64,000 bases of DNA from NCBI GenBank assembly GCA_951406725.2, contig OX597817.1:82460001-82524000 (forward strand). The letters are read 5' to 3'. The first letter of the stretch is position 1. Each line of letters begins with the position of its first letter. A program made the translations under genes and the position numbers. Positions 13,370-27,039 of the stretch are shown here, piece after piece. Origin of the DNA: Octopus vulgaris. Its lineage: Eukaryota. The notes beneath the pieces were generated by a model. It was not told the DNA's origin. It made no database searches and worked only from the letters and a program-made list of their open reading frames with translations.

Positions 13370-13392
13370 GTGCTGCACATGGTTCTGAATAA
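13370..13392 (+). CDS. Terminal coding exon (S)AAHGSE*
   Basis: tatttccAG acceptor, in-frame TAA at 13390-13392, followed by an AT-rich 3'UTR with AATAAA. Confidence 0.65.
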
Positions 13393-13497
13393 ACCAATGT
13401 ATCATTATACTATTATCTGGCACTGTGAACATTTTTTCTCTATATTCACACTTATTATAGCATTTTCTTTTATATGTATGTATGTTCAAGAAGTGAA

Positions 13498-13503
13498 AAT
13501 AAA
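13498..13503 (+). promoter_or_regulatory. Putative polyadenylation signal of the ShKT gene
   Basis: AATAAA about 105 nt after the stop, with a T/GT-rich downstream element (ttttcgtttgttatgtt). Confidence 0.5.
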
Positions 13504-13643
13504 ACATTTAATATTCTAACAATCAATTTTCGTTTGTTATGTTAATACAAGAAAGTAAAAATGCAAAACGTGACCAAATACTTTTACTAGCTTAGATACA
13601 TACAAACATACATATATACGTATATGTGTGTATGTATGTATGA

Positions 13644-13709
<66 letters not shown>

Positions 13710-14821
13710 GCACACACATATATGTGCATGCGTGATGTGTAAATATGTGCATGTATTTGTTTTGTCTATTATATGAAAAATTTTCCCTATTCCCTTAACC
13801 CTTCTTTATCTTTGATTTGAAGCAATACAATTTTTGTATATCCGTTTGTCTGACGCTCCGAGACTTTTACACTATCATTTTTGTAATAATTTGTAGCTAC
13901 TGACATGTTGCCCACACATTCTAAAATGATATAGCCATGTATACTTTTATAAGTTGCAAAGTTATTTCTTAAACCTGTTGCGATTAAATGCAGGGCGCAC
14001 TCAGAACACAACATGCGCGACAGTTGATCTGCACAAAGAAAGAAACAGAATCAAGCAAACGAAAAGTCTCTCTCATCGTTGCAGACCAGAATAATGGATG
14101 TAAGAACAATATTGTTACAAAACAAAAGTAAAGGACTAAAAAGGAAGTTTGAGAAATCAATAATGAAAAATAGTCAAACTTGAACATAGTTGTATTCTTG
14201 ATAAGTCTACATATGCTATAAACGTATATTTGAATATATATATGATTTTGATTTTTGATTTGATTTTTTCAGTTTCAGCTAATGAGCTGTGGCCATGCTG
14301 GGGCACCGCCATTTATATATATATATATATATATTCATATATATGATAAAACGGAAGATGTGTGTGTGTGTGTATGTGCAGGTCTTTTTCTTGATTCCTC
14401 CTTCAAATCAATATTTTTCATTCGTTCATGCTGAGAACATACATCACTTATGTTCTAGAGATGGTCATAGACTCTTCAAAGTTTCCATATAATGAGTAAT
14501 GCAGGCCCTAGGGTACGGAGATACCTTCTTGTAGGTAAATAACAAATACCAACGATCGTTACTTCTTGATGACGTAGTCGGTCTACTTTCACTTCGTCTT
14601 CTGCTACAGTTTTTACAATGCCCATTCACAGCAAACCACCGATATTTGCACATTAGCACTTCCTTGAGGCAGCCATGCAATTTAAATCGACTTTTAGTTA
14701 TTTTTTGAGCACCTTCAGAAATTAATCTATATTATATATATTCTCTGCTTTTACTCATAGAAAGTTGTGACAGTTATACAATTTTTACAATGATTATTCA
14801 CTGCAATCTGCCCATATTTGC

Positions 14822-15385
14822 ACGTTAGTAAAAGGCTGTTCTTGCACCTCCAAATGCAGCTGTCACCGCGACTTACTCAGTAAGCTACATTCTCAAGAAC
14901 GTTGTTGCAGATCAGCTGACACCATTACCGACCTCGATCAGGTTACACACTTTCCAACAGAATTTCTCAACTCCCGACATCCTCCAGGACTCCTTCCCCA
15001 TGAACTTCACTTAAAAGTCGGTTGCCCTGTCATCCTCCTATGCAATATAAACGCACCCACACTATGCAATGGAACTCGCCTTGTGGTAAAACAAATGATG
15101 TACCATGTCACTGAAGTCCAAATTATCACGGGATACAGCTTTTATTCCGAAATTTTCGCTATCCTCAACAGACTGTCGCTACTGTACACGGAGACTTCAG
15201 TATCCTCTCAGACTCAGCTTCACCATGACAATTAACAAAGCACTGAAAGTTATCGGATTGGAATTCCAACTTCATGCTTTTCACATGGACAGTACTACAT
15301 TGGTTGTTCCAGAGTTGGCCATCCGGACAATTTATAATTAATGCTCCTGAAAGAATAACCAAAAATGTCGTCTACAAAGATAACA
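14822..15385 (+). mobile_element. Helitron PIF1-like helicase C-terminal fragment (pseudogenised)
   Basis: RAVLAPPN; FPTEFLNSRHPPGLLPHELHLKVGCPVILLCNINAPTLCNGTRLVV; RLQYPLRLSFTMTINK; CFSHGQYYIGCSRVG; TKNVVYK. Frameshifted. Confidence 0.88.
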
Positions 15386-15840
15386 GTACCTTATCTTGAA
15401 TGACCCTTCTTACTTCACGCACGCTGTTCGCTCATAAGCGTGCTCTGACATTTATTTTTGTACATTTATCTTATTCTATTTGTGTGCTTGTTATAAATGT
15501 TTGCTTTTCTTTATCATACATGACTTTCATTGTAAAAAGCTTCAAAGCTGTTGTGTCAGGCATTACAAGTAAAATAACTACATGCTACAAAACGCTTCAG
15601 GTAAGATATAGGATCCTTAATGTCTACTGCAATTGCGATCTCATTTCATGGACTTTCATTTATTACTAACTTCCAAATTTGTGTTAAAAAAACTTTATTC
15701 ATTACCTCGGTTGCTTAATACCATATCATAAACTGCTAACGAAATTAGTAATTATACATTTTACGTTTATCAACTTGAAACGACTTCTAACTGCGGGCTA
15801 ATTAACTTAAACCGTCCAAAGGAGTGCACCATTATCACAA

Positions 15841-15979
<139 letters not shown>

Positions 15980-16021
15980 GTAAAGAGAGAGAGAGGGGGA
16001 GAAAGAGAAATGCAATGATAT

Positions 16022-16180
16022 GCGGGACGGCTGTGTGGTAAGAAGTTTGCTTCAAACTACATAGTTCAGTAATCAATCCCATAGAGTGGTACCTTGGGCG
16101 AGCATCTTCTACTATAGTCCTGGGCTGACCAAAACTTGTGAGTGGATTTAGCAGATGAAAATTAAAAGAAGCCCGTCGTG
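16022..16180 (+). mobile_element. SINE family C (CORE-like head)
   Basis: ggctgtgtggtaagaagtttgct...accttgggc...aaagaagcccgtcg, matching 24888 and 61900. Confidence 0.7.
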
Positions 16181-17206
16181 TGTAGATATACTATGTGTAT
16201 GTGACAACAGGTGCTAGTTTGCTTAAATTGTCTCCTTACTCAAAGCTATCCTTAGACCAATGAATCTGATAAATTCTTTGCTGATGTGTACTGATGTCTG
16301 CTAAACAGATGGTAATTCATGAAGTGCAAGCATAGCAACAAGACTCCGAATAATAACTATCTATTCATTACTATACGCTCTGGCAGAATCGAACCTGACT
16401 ATACTGATTGCAGTTGTTTATATTATCTAAAAGGAAGAAGTGTATTCTGATGGCTAAAACCAATAGCGGTTAGCATCTTAAGGTTTGGATCTTCCAGAAT
16501 GTATTAATAATAGCTACGTTGATAAAAACACCCTTGCTTTTTGGTGTTTTTTCAGCATTGGTCATTTTACAGCTGTGTATGTTTGCGTAGATCTGATCTG
16601 CCAGTCTTTTTAATTCGGATTTCACTTCGTCATTTGATTCATCGTTGTACCTTAGTGGTTTTCTTTTTTCCTATTTGTATTGAGAATGCGTATCTGCATA
16701 AATCTTGATTTACAGTAATTCTCTCCTGGAGTGATTAACATTTTATTGTAAATACTTGAATATTCCTCTTTCACGAGTTCTTAATTTAACTTCCTTTTCA
16801 ATACTCTTTTCACATTCACATGCCTCATAGGTGTACCCAATCATTCGACAGCTAAGCTGTAACAGGAATAATGTTTCTTGACGTCATAGAATAATACTAT
16901 CCATATTGTAAGCGCTCACAACTACATTACACTCATTGATTCTTAATGTGTTTGTTCATATTCTATTAATTCTAGCACAGTTTATATAACTGCCAGAATA
17001 CCGGCATTAGTCTCTTTACACTTAACTGACAGCTCAGCTTAAGAGCAGGGGTAATAAATGATATACTACAAGGAAAATAACCCAGAGAATACTTGCTGGT
17101 CGAGAAAGGAATGCCAGAGGCATTTCTTCTCTTATTATTATTTTTTGCCAATCCTTCAAAACGTCTTTCTGCCCTGAATGATCTTTCACCAATTTACAGT
17201 CATCGA

Positions 17207-17602
17207 GGCGGCGAGCTGGCAGAAACCTTAGCACGCCGGGCGAAATGCGCAGCCGTATTTCGTCTGCCGTTACGTTCTGAGTTCAAATTCCGCCGAGGTC
17301 GACTTTGCCTTTCATCCTTTCGGGGTCGATAAATTAAGTACCACTTACGCACTGGGATCGATGTGATCGACTTAATCCGTTTGTCTGTCCTTGTTTGTCC
17401 CTTCTGTGTTTAGCCCCTTGTGGGTAGAAAAGAAATAGGCATTTCGTCTGCCGTTACGTTCTGAGTCCAAATTCCGCCGAGGTCGACTTTGTCTTTCATC
17501 CTTTCGGGGTCGATAAATTAAGCACCAGTTGCGTACTGGAGTCTATCTAATCGACTGGTCCCCTCCCCGAAAATTTCGGGCTTTGTGCCTAGAGTAGAAA
17601 AG
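17207..17602 (+). mobile_element. SINE family B, dimeric (two bodies with different tails)
   Basis: GGCGGCGAGCTGGCAGAA head, B box GAGTTCAAATTCC, central CCTTTCATCCTTTCGGGGTCGATAAA. A second body starts at 17438. Confidence 0.85.
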
Positions 17603-17644
17603 ACCAATTTATAGTTAAATTTACAGTCATTCTTTATTTTTTAT

Positions 17645-17820
17645 ATTTTACTTGTTTCACTCATTGGACTCCAGCCATGATGTAGCACTGCCTTGAAGGA
17701 TTCAGTCGAACAAACCACCCACTAATTTTAGAGATTGGTTATTTATTCTATCGGCCTCACTTTACTGAACCCTAATGTCACGGGAACATAAAGAAACCAA
17801 CACCGGTTGCCAAGTGGTGT
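17645..17820 (-). mobile_element. SINE module E
   Basis: Reverse complement of the 61686-61885 type sequence. Confidence 0.55.
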
Positions 17821-19029
17821 CAACCTCATTATATCATACAAATAAATTATTCATACTACTATAATTCAGAATATTCTTTTTTTCATTATTAACAATATAT
17901 ATTACTATACTAATGCCTAACATATCATCGAGACTTTCTCCTATGATAATGATTAACCAATGAAATATTTGGATTATTTAATCTCTGATGAGGATCTGCT
18001 ATCCTCGAATTGACTGGTATACACACGCACACACACACACGCACACACACACACATACACACATATATATATATATATATATATTTAGTTCTAAATAGTT
18101 GGACTCCTAAATAGCATGAACCCCAAATAGTAGGAATACTAAATAGCATGAATCCTATGTCCATAAAGAAACTATTCAGTTCACCTTGATTATCTCACTT
18201 CCATTTCTTAATATATAATTAGTCTAAGATATCTTTACAAAATATGTTTAACCAAATAGGAAAGAATATACCATACTGGTTTTAGTTTAACACCCATAAA
18301 TGATTAAAAAACTTCATTACAAACTTAGAATTAAATTCTCCTTTTTATAGTGTTCTCCAATATTGTTGTGAGGATATGCATATGGTTTGTAAGGTCTCTG
18401 CATTCCCTGGGAATATTATTGTGACCATTTGACATTGACCTAGTTCTCCTAACGCTGAATCTGTTCATCAAATAGTAGTAATTGGCATTTAGTTGTGACA
18501 ATGCTGTCTTCCACACAAATTCCTTATATGGAGCTATGACATCCCCTATACCCCATTTCTATAATTAGAAAATCTTTATTGCCTCCTCTCACTTGTTCTT
18601 CATTCTCAGAACCTTAAAGTAGTTTGGAACAACTGAATCTTAGTCAGTCAGTTTGATGAGCTCCACTACCTCAAATGTTCTTAAAATTTAAATCCATATC
18701 TTTGTCTATGTATCTACCTTCTCTATAATATTGCCACTTGATATGAACATTTTTGTATTAATGGGAAACCTCTATAATTGGCTGATGAGTACTCAGCATT
18801 TTAAAACTGTTGTAATACTTACAACATTTAATAAAATGATGTAGTACGAAACGATCGTACCAAATTACCGGAGTCTTTCTTGTTGCTTATTTTGATTATA
18901 ATCACCCCACGGATTTTTATGGATAACACCATACAGAATTCTGGTGCATCTAAATTACATACCATATTCATTTGAATCTAAATTTTTGCTGAACTTATAT
19001 ATATATATGTGTGTGTGTGTGTGTATACA

Positions 19030-19180
19030 TGATGGGCTACATTCAGTTTCCGTCTACCAAATCCACTCACAAGTCTTGGTCGGTTCGAAGATATAGTTGA
19101 AGAAACATGATGGAGATGCCACTGAATTCGGAACCATGCCGTTGGGAAGCAAACTTCTTACCATACAGCCATGCCTCCAC
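19030..19180 (-). mobile_element. SINE family C
   Basis: ttcagtttccgtctaccaaatccactcacaa...ttgggaagcaaacttcttaccatacagcca. Confidence 0.75.
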
Positions 19181-19322
19181 CTATCATGTTAGAACTTCTT
19201 AAGCGATTTTGAGCGATTTGTATAAGCCTTCATGTACGGCTCAAATGAAATGCAAGCTCGTTGAAAATGTGTTAAGTGTTTTTCTGTAATTATATTATTT
19301 CTCTTTGCTCTGAAAGCAAGGA

Positions 19323-19529
19323 AATATTCTTTTCTACTCGAGGCACAAAGCCCGAATTTTTATGGGAGGGAGCAAGTCGGATTAGTTTATCGACCCCTTA
19401 ATTTAGTGACTCCGAAAGGATGAAAGGCAAAGTCGACCTCGGCAGAATTTGAACTCAGAACGTAACGGCAGACGAAATACAATTACGCATTTCGCCCGGC
19501 GTGCTAACGTTTCTGCCAGCTCGCCGACT
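19323..19529 (-). mobile_element. SINE family B
   Basis: Reverse complement of the 17207 element. Confidence 0.8.
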
Positions 19530-20419
19530 TAGAAAGCAAGAAAATATTGCTATGCTAGAGAATTACCCTCAGTCTCTTTCCTCTTTGTTTTGGAAACTCA
19601 ATTGAGAACTTGTTAATTCGTCTTTGAGAGAGAAAACTGTCTTCTCTGTCTAGTTATGCTCTGGAGTCTCAGCTGCAAGATGACTATTTTAGTTTTGTGA
19701 GAGCCCGGGCAGTCTAACCTGCCTCCTATAATCGATTCATTTCCACTTTAAGTTCATATGCAGACATTTGGCTCATCCTTTGAGTTTGTTACTCTTTGAT
19801 GCAAATGCCCTACCACTCTCTTTCTTGTCACGCTTTTGCTACCAGACACTCATAGTCGATTACTTAATACTTTGGACTTTCCACCTTTAGAATCATGGAT
19901 AAATTGGTTAACTACATATGTAGTAATAGTCAATGAACGAATGCAGAATATGCAATCTTATTCATTGATCTAAATGGCAACACACTTATGGTTTCTATTG
20001 TATTAATTTTTAAACAAAGTATTTTTCCATAAATACAAAATATAAGTAAATCTTTCATGCAACAAACATTCTTCCTTAAATATAAAGTATCTGGTAAAAT
20101 ACTTAAATTTTATGGGCTTTAAAAAGCCTTTCTTTTTTTCTTTTCTCTCACATTCAAATATAAATATGTAACAAAAGACCGTTAGAAAACATTTTGTAAA
20201 TGGAAAATAATGTATGATGTAGGAGGTTTCAAATGGAAATATTAATTGATGTCTAAAATGCTGAAATATTACAACACTGCTAAATTGGATAATATTACAA
20301 GATGTAACTTGTGTGACATGAAAAAACTACTGTAAATATAATTTGTATACATATACACATACAAATACTTATATAATATTCATATATCTACACACATATA
20401 TACACGCCCCCTATATATA

Positions 20420-20465
<46 letters not shown>

Positions 20466-20523
20466 CATGTAAATATGTTTGTACGTACGTATGTATGTGT
20501 ATGTATGTAATTATATATACATG

Positions 20524-20588
<65 letters not shown>

Positions 20589-21007
20589 CTACAACTGAAA
20601 ATGAATTTGAATATTACAAAGACATAATGGGCGGACTAAAAAGGTAAAACACATTTTATTTTGTTTCCGCCATAGGAATTTTAATGGTTGAATACGAAGT
20701 ACATAGAAAATAGCGTGTAAACATTGGCTTTAAAATACTTTGGAAAAAAAAGGTCGAAGGGCAGCTATCGATTTTTTCTTAGAACATTTTAACGAGCGTG
20801 CATTCCAAATGAGTCAGACCTAAAACGAATAAACTAAACCGGCTTTTACAAATCACACAAATGTGCATCTATTAAAGTAATTCTATTTCTGCATATAACT
20901 ATATCTTTCTCCATTCTAAAGAAAAATGTCCGGCGTACAGGAAGGTGAAATTCTGAGTAACAATTTTGGTGATATTTTTACTTTTTAAATAAAGCATATA
21001 TATATAT

Positions 21008-21191
21008 ATTTCTTTACTACCCACAAGGGGCTAAACATAGAGGGAACAAACAAGAACAGACAAATGGATTAAGTGCGAAACTGGTACTTTATTTATCGAC
21101 CCCGAGAGGAATTTGAACGCAGAACGTAACGACAGACGAAATACCGCTAAGCATTTCGCCCGGCGCGCTAACGTTTCTGCCAGCTCGCCGC
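21008..21191 (-). mobile_element. SINE family B, internally deleted
   Basis: Reverse complement of head and tail of family B. Confidence 0.8.
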
Positions 21192-21658
21192 CAGCTCGGT
21201 TTCCTATATATGTGTGTGTGTGTGCGTGTGTGTGTGTGTGCGTATATATACATATACACACACATGTATGTATATATGTATCTGTATATACACGTATATA
21301 TGTCTGCGTGTACGTATACCGTCAGACATCGATAAGTCCTTTAACACCTCAAATGTAAGATCTCTTCCCTGAAGACGGAGACTCGTCTCATCCTAAGATG
21401 GAATCAATCTACAAACATTATTTTCGACCACCGACCTTCAGAAACAGCTGTTGGATTTGTAATGCTTTTGTTCAACCCCTTTAATTCTCTATATCCTTCG
21501 TATTCTACTTAAGTCGGAGCTTTTTTATGTAAACATACATACATTTTCTTGTATTTCGTGTATTTAATATACTTATATACAGACCTATCTCACTTGGTTA
21601 TCCCTACATTTACTCATATATATATATATATGTGTGTGTGTATGTGTATGTGTGTGTG

Positions 21659-21690
<32 letters not shown>

Positions 21691-21802
21691 TGTATACATG
21701 CATATGTAAGTTTTATATTAAAAATAGCAAATGGATCAACTAAATTTTCCGGTGTGCGCCCGGATATACATCATTGTACATATGTAACCGTGCACACACA
21801 CG

Positions 21803-21899
<97 letters not shown>

Positions 21900-21944
21900 C
21901 TAAATGAGGGAGCTAGTTAACAGAGTTTCGCCAAAAAGGTAAAC

Positions 21945-22411
21945 AATAAATGCCCTTAATTATGACTAAGGCTGTTAGAACGCTTACACTGCTAGAAATA
22001 AGCGCTGAACGGCTCTACTGCTGCTATCAGCGCATATAAAATTGTATACATACATGGTGGCAGCGGTCATAGATGGCCGGAAAGTGGAGGTCGTGACATC
22101 CTTTTACCGCACGCTTTCAGCTTTAGGCTGATGCATCGTCAGAAGGGTCGGCACAGATCGCCATTTTCCAGACAATCCAGCCACGAGCATATATGCTTAC
22201 TCCATAAAAATTTATGAATGATTTAGCGAATCGGTAACGTGTATACAAATAGTGTCATTAATCATGATTGAGGGTGTTATAACACTTACACTGCTAGAAA
22301 TAATAGCTGAGGGGCTTTGTTGCTGTTGTTAATGCACATACTCTCAGCGGCCGTAGATGGCTGGGAAGTGGAGATCGCCACATCCCTTTACCGTACGGTT
22401 TCCTATACCGT

Positions 22412-22415
<4 letters not shown>
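21945..22415 (-). mobile_element. Partial tandem (~305-bp period) hammerhead-containing element between TA tracts
   Basis: cttacactgctagaaata... is repeated at 21983 and 22285. HHR at 22100-22147 and a half HHR at 22384-22402. Confidence 0.7.
22100..22147 (-). ncRNA. Type I hammerhead ribozyme (partly degenerate)
   Basis: ccctt-CTGACGA-tgcat cagc ctaaa gct-GAAA-gcgtgcgg-TA-aaagg. The second copy has the palindromic stem III GAAACCGTACGGTA-aaggg. Confidence 0.65.
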
Positions 22416-22460
<45 letters not shown>

Positions 22461-22469
22461 ATGTATATG

Positions 22470-22805
22470 ACTGTGCAGTAATAAATTTGTTTCTCAACCA
22501 ACTTGAGTAGGTGTCTTGAAGAATAGCACCGGGCAACCAAACCATTGTTTGCAGATTTCGATTTTATAAACCGAAACTGAAAGAATACACCACATGTGTG
22601 TGTGTGTTCCATCGTGTTTGTCCACTACCACTTATCTACCGTTGTCGGTTTCTTTGTGTCTTAGCCGTTCGGCAAGAAGGATTGATAGAATAAGTACCAG
22701 GCTTTAAAAATTAAGTACAAGGGTCAGTTTGCTTGACCAAATCTTCCAAGATGGTGCCCCAGCATGGCTGCAGTCCAATGTTTGAAATAAGTAAACAATA
22801 AAAGA
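22470..22805 (+). mobile_element. Composite SINE C-(TG)n-E
   Basis: Degenerate C head, short TG tract, and module E (gatagaataagtacc...gtgccccagcatggctgcagtc). Confidence 0.65.
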
Positions 22806-22829
22806 TATATAGATGTTTTTTTTTTATTT

Positions 22830-23132
22830 ATGTGCCCTTTTCAAGCCTAGCCAGGCTTATGGGCCCGGTTTCCCGGTTTCTGTGGCATATGTGTTCCCCC
22901 TAGCTGGACGGGACGCCAGTCCATCGCTGCGCTACTCAAGAAACAGGAAGAGAGAGTGAGAGAAAGTAGGTGCGAAAGAGCACAACAGGGGTCACCACCA
23001 TCCCCTTACGGAGCCCCGTGGAGTTTTAGGTGTTTTCGCTCGATCAACACTCACAACGCCCGGTCTGGAAATCGAAACCGCGATCCTCCGACCGCGAGTA
23101 CGCTGCCCTAACCACTGGGCCATTGCTCCTCC
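22830..23132 (-). mobile_element. tRNA-derived SINE family A, full length
   Basis: Reverse complement of head 1584-1760 and tail 110-225. Confidence 0.85.
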
Positions 23133-23364
23133 ACATGTAGAGGTTATTTCATATTTATTTATATGCACTAATCTTTCCTTTTAAGATTTTAGTGCATTCA
23201 CGAAGGAATTATATTGTTTTATAAATATTACATATTTTGCATGTTACCGTGTATCTACACTTAGCTGTGTGGAAATGATGACATTCGCATAACTGTGTGA
23301 AAAGTGATGACTTTCGTAAAAGTAATAGACAAGAAAATACAATACATTTCAATACATTTTTATA

Positions 23365-23892
23365 TCTCTCTCTATATAAACGGCAGTTTGTCTGTCTGTG
23401 TGTCTGTGTGTCTGTCAGGTTGTACCCTCACCCTGACCACGGCTTTCAACCGATTCTGATGAAACTTGACACACACATAGCCCAATGTCATAATTCAAAA
23501 CTAACGCAGCGAAAGTTTTGAAAAATTCTCCCAGTTCTGAAAAAAATCGATAAATTCGACATGGGGTTGAGAATCTAAGCTTTTTATTTGCAACACATTT
23601 TCTGTTGTAGTTTTCGCAACTTGCAATCGATTTTCATCAAACTCATGGTGAAGCTTAATGTTACCCTAAGAAACTTAATTCTGACGTTAGTTTTCCATGC
23701 AATACCTTACCATCAGAAAAAATCGATAAAATCATGCCATTTTGGGAAATCGCGTTCAAATTCAAGATGACATATTTTCGACAATATCTTTCACAAATTG
23801 GCAGGAAATTAAAGGGAAAGGACTAGATTGGGATTAGTCGTTGCCTACTAGGAGCTCTTACATACCCGGGCGACGCTGGGCTATGCTGCTAG
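23365..23892 (+). mobile_element. Non-autonomous Helitron
   Basis: A|TC 5' end, (GTCT/GT) tract near the 5' end, 3' GC hairpin cccgggcgacgctggg, and CTAG|T terminus. Confidence 0.8.
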
Positions 23893-24243
23893 TAAGTAAT
23901 ATAAAAAAATATCAACATTATTGAGATTTTCGTTTTGAACTAGTCTGCGATAATGTCATGGCAGAATAGAATAACGCAAAAGGAAACGATATCAACATAC
24001 GAGTGAAGGAAGTTGAAGAACATAGAAACACGCTCAAACTGTGCAACCAGAGGCTTCTAGCAAAATGATTTCTGTTGCTGTATTTTCCGCCTCATTATTC
24101 TCAATCAACATTAGCACAACTAGCGAAAGAAAACTGCCCCCGGTTTGCTTCCATAACTCAATCATATCCACCAATGAATTTTAATTTCCCCAAGCTGATA
24201 CACATTTTTCAAGCGTTTTACTTGTATGTATGTGTATATGTAA

Positions 24244-24274
<31 letters not shown>

Positions 24275-24316
24275 TGCATGTATTATTACGTACGTATGTA
24301 TATGTGTATGTGTATT

Positions 24317-24492
24317 GGCGCAGACGTGGTTGTGTGGTATGAAGCTTGCTTCCCAAACACTTGGTTCAAGGTTCGGTCCCACAGCGTGGCACCTTGGGCA
24401 AATATCTTCTACGGTAGCCTCAGCTCAACCAAAGCCCGAGGCTATAGTAGAAGACGATTTGATAGACGGAAACTGAAAGAAACCCGTCGTAT
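24317..24492 (+). mobile_element. SINE family C
   Basis: Homologous to 24888-25050. Confidence 0.75.
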
Positions 24493-24494
24493 AT

Positions 24495-24870
24495 GTTTAG
24501 TCCATTTTGAACTTTTAGTCCAAAACCAAACGATAACAAAGGAAATCTACTGCGAGCAGCTTGAGCGGTTTAAGTTACTGCTAGAAGGAAAACGACCATC
24601 TTTGGTTTCAAGACGAAAGATGTTCTTCAATCAGGATAATACTCGGTCTCATACAGCGAAGATGACATTCCAAAGGCTGCAGCTGTTTGAATGGGAAATG
24701 ATGCCCCACCCACCATATTCGTCGAGCTGCCTCATCTAATTATCATTTATCCCGTAGTCTTCAAAACCATTTGGACGGAAAAAATATGAATGCTGTAGAC
24801 GAGGTCTGTACAGTATTTGGGATGCATTTTTCGTCACGGACAAGTGAAATTTTGGAAGAGGGGCCTTGCA
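24495..24870 (+). mobile_element. Mariner transposase C-terminal fragment
   Basis: VHFELL..NQTITKEIYCEQLER...FNQDNTRSHTAK...EMMPHPPYSS (HDNA and HPPYSPD motifs), degraded. Confidence 0.88.
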
Positions 24871-24887
24871 TGTATACAGATAGATGA

Positions 24888-25050
24888 AAGGAGTGGCTGT
24901 GTGGTAAGTAGCTTGCTTACGAACCACATGATTTCGGGTTCAGTCCCACGGCATGACACCTTCGGCAAGTGTCTTCTACTATAGACTCGGGCCGACCAAA
25001 GCCTTGTGAGTGGATTTGGTAGACGGAAACTGAAAGAAGCCCGTCGTATA
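24888..25050 (+). mobile_element. SINE family C (well conserved)
   Basis: ggagtggctgtgtggtaag...gggttcagtccca...aaagaagcccgtcgtata. Confidence 0.85.
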
Positions 25051-26127
25051 TATATAGACAAACGTTTTGAAACACTTCAACCGATGACTTTATCATCTGT
25101 CAAGTACATATGTAAGTCTGGATGTGAAAAACGTTACAATGTAAGATGCTCACTAAGTGAACAAGAGGTATTTGAATCAAGTCTGGATGTGAAGAAGGCT
25201 ACACTGTAAAGAGAACAGCTTCAGTGAGGTGATTGTTATTCTAATTAAGTCTAAATACGAAGGAAGCTACTCGTTATAGTCTCTAATGTGGTGTGTAATT
25301 GTAAGGAAATTGTTACTCTATTCATGCCAGACACAAATTGAATGTATGGCTTTTTTTACACTATATATCGACCAACGTTTGCATTCATATACAATTTAGA
25401 GATGTCATTGAAGCAACTAAAATGTTTTCAACAGACGGAGAGGAGATCGCTGAAATTACCACAAACAAGTTTTAAAAGGCAATTTTAATTACGATTCATT
25501 TGATATCTTCCAGGAAGATATTGTGTGGAAGGCAGGAATTTAGCATCTGGTCTGAGAACATGCTTAATCACAAAAGTGAAAGTCTTAAACAAAGATTGAA
25601 TTTCGGAAGGTACGTTTTTCCTTGTCAGCTCATAACCATTACAGACGTCTTCATTTCGTGGCCATAGATATAATAATTGTCTATTGACAAACGCTACAAA
25701 ACAGGTTCAATAATTGATCATCAAGAAAATTTTGTATTTATTTTTTAGAAAGATATAATATACTGTTGATTTGACGTTAATTATTTGAAATCAATTTCCG
25801 TTATTTGAAGTTTCTATAAAAAAAACTCTGCTGTTTTGGCTGACATTATAGACTGATTGAAAAAAACAGCTGATAAGAAGTTACCACAGAGCAAATGTTC
25901 TTAAAAATTGCCAACCTATATTGATAATTCCCACTAAAAACGATTAGAGACACGTTTTAAGTCTAGAATAACACAAAAAGAGTCAAAATTCTCTCGCCAA
26001 ACTGTTGTACTACAAAGAATGGACAGGCAGAATACAGATCGTTGCAGCTGCAACGGAATTTAGTTCTAGAAATGAGAATAGGCTAAAGAATTCCGGCAGA
26101 TTCCATTGAATTGGTGTGAAAGTGGTT

Positions 26128-26370
26128 AGGGTGGTCTAGTGGTTAGAGTGATGCACTCTCTATCACAAGACAGTGATTTCGATTCCTGGACCGACCACTG
26201 CGTTCTATTTTTGAGCAAAAAACTTCATTTCTAGTGTTCCAATCCAACCAGCTGTAAATGAGTTATCTGGCTTTCTAATCGGGGCGGGGGGAATGTTGCG
26301 ATCACGGTTTCTTATATGCCACGGAAACCCGGTAACCGACCTTATAATCTTAGGACTCGGGACAGTACTT
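26128..26370 (+). mobile_element. Old tRNA-derived SINE (A/D-related)
   Basis: TGGTCTAGTGG A box, ttcgattcc B box, and a tail resembling family A (ggaaacccggtaaccg). Confidence 0.5.
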
Positions 26371-26389
26371 ATTTTTTCCTAAGAAAGTC

Positions 26390-26880
26390 CCAAACAAGGC
26401 GACAAGCCTTGTTTGGGACTATGAAGAAGGCGAAAAAAAAATGAATTTACTCTAGACTTGAAAGAGTTCAGGTCATAAGAAGGAGAAAAGCAATAAGATG
26501 GAAGAGTGTTCCAGAGTCGGACGGTTCGAACAAAATGCTACAACCTTGGAAAGACTTCCTTATTCGCGGAAGTACAATTGCATTTGGAGGAAGGTGCTGT
26601 GAGTTTCAAATCAGGCGATATGGCACAAAGTGATCCGAAATTAAGAAAGTTTATCAGAGCACTTCTTGTGGCAACAACGATGGAAAAAACTAAGACTGGC
26701 AACGTTACATCAATGTGACAAGGGTTGTATAGTTGAAGCGAGAGAGGAACCACTCAAATTAGAGACTTGCTTCTGAACCCAGTCGAAGAGATCCAATAGA
26801 CAAGATGGTGCACCTGCCCAAGTACAGACTGATATTCACTCGAATTTAGTACTGAATAATTACGATTGCTTATTGTTCTC
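26390..26880 (-). mobile_element. CR1/L2-group LINE 3' end remnant
   Basis: Minus strand gives WAGAPSCLLDLFDWVQKQ, NVASLSFFHRCC..CS, VRTVRLWNTLPS and YDLNSFKSRVN. Confidence 0.7.
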
Positions 26881-27039
26881 TCTTACAATGTGATCATATA
26901 ATAGACATTTTACAATATATACAACACAAACTTTAACCTAACATCTCAATCTTGTTAAATAGTAAGTGTTACGTTGGTAAAGCACTCGGGTATTATACTA
27001 GTGACTGTGGTTTCAGTCGATTCCTTCTCTTTTAACATT

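Noticed and set aside
14822-15385. Cellular PIF1 helicase gene
   Set aside because: Intronless and frameshifted, with Helitron-type motifs and deletions.
24230-24739. 169-aa SETMAR-like host gene
   Set aside because: Chimeric frame made of microsatellite, SINE and a truncated mariner fragment; no SET domain.
25514-25609. Orphan 96-nt exon (ttccAG...GTACGT)
   Set aside because: No recognisable protein and no partner exons.
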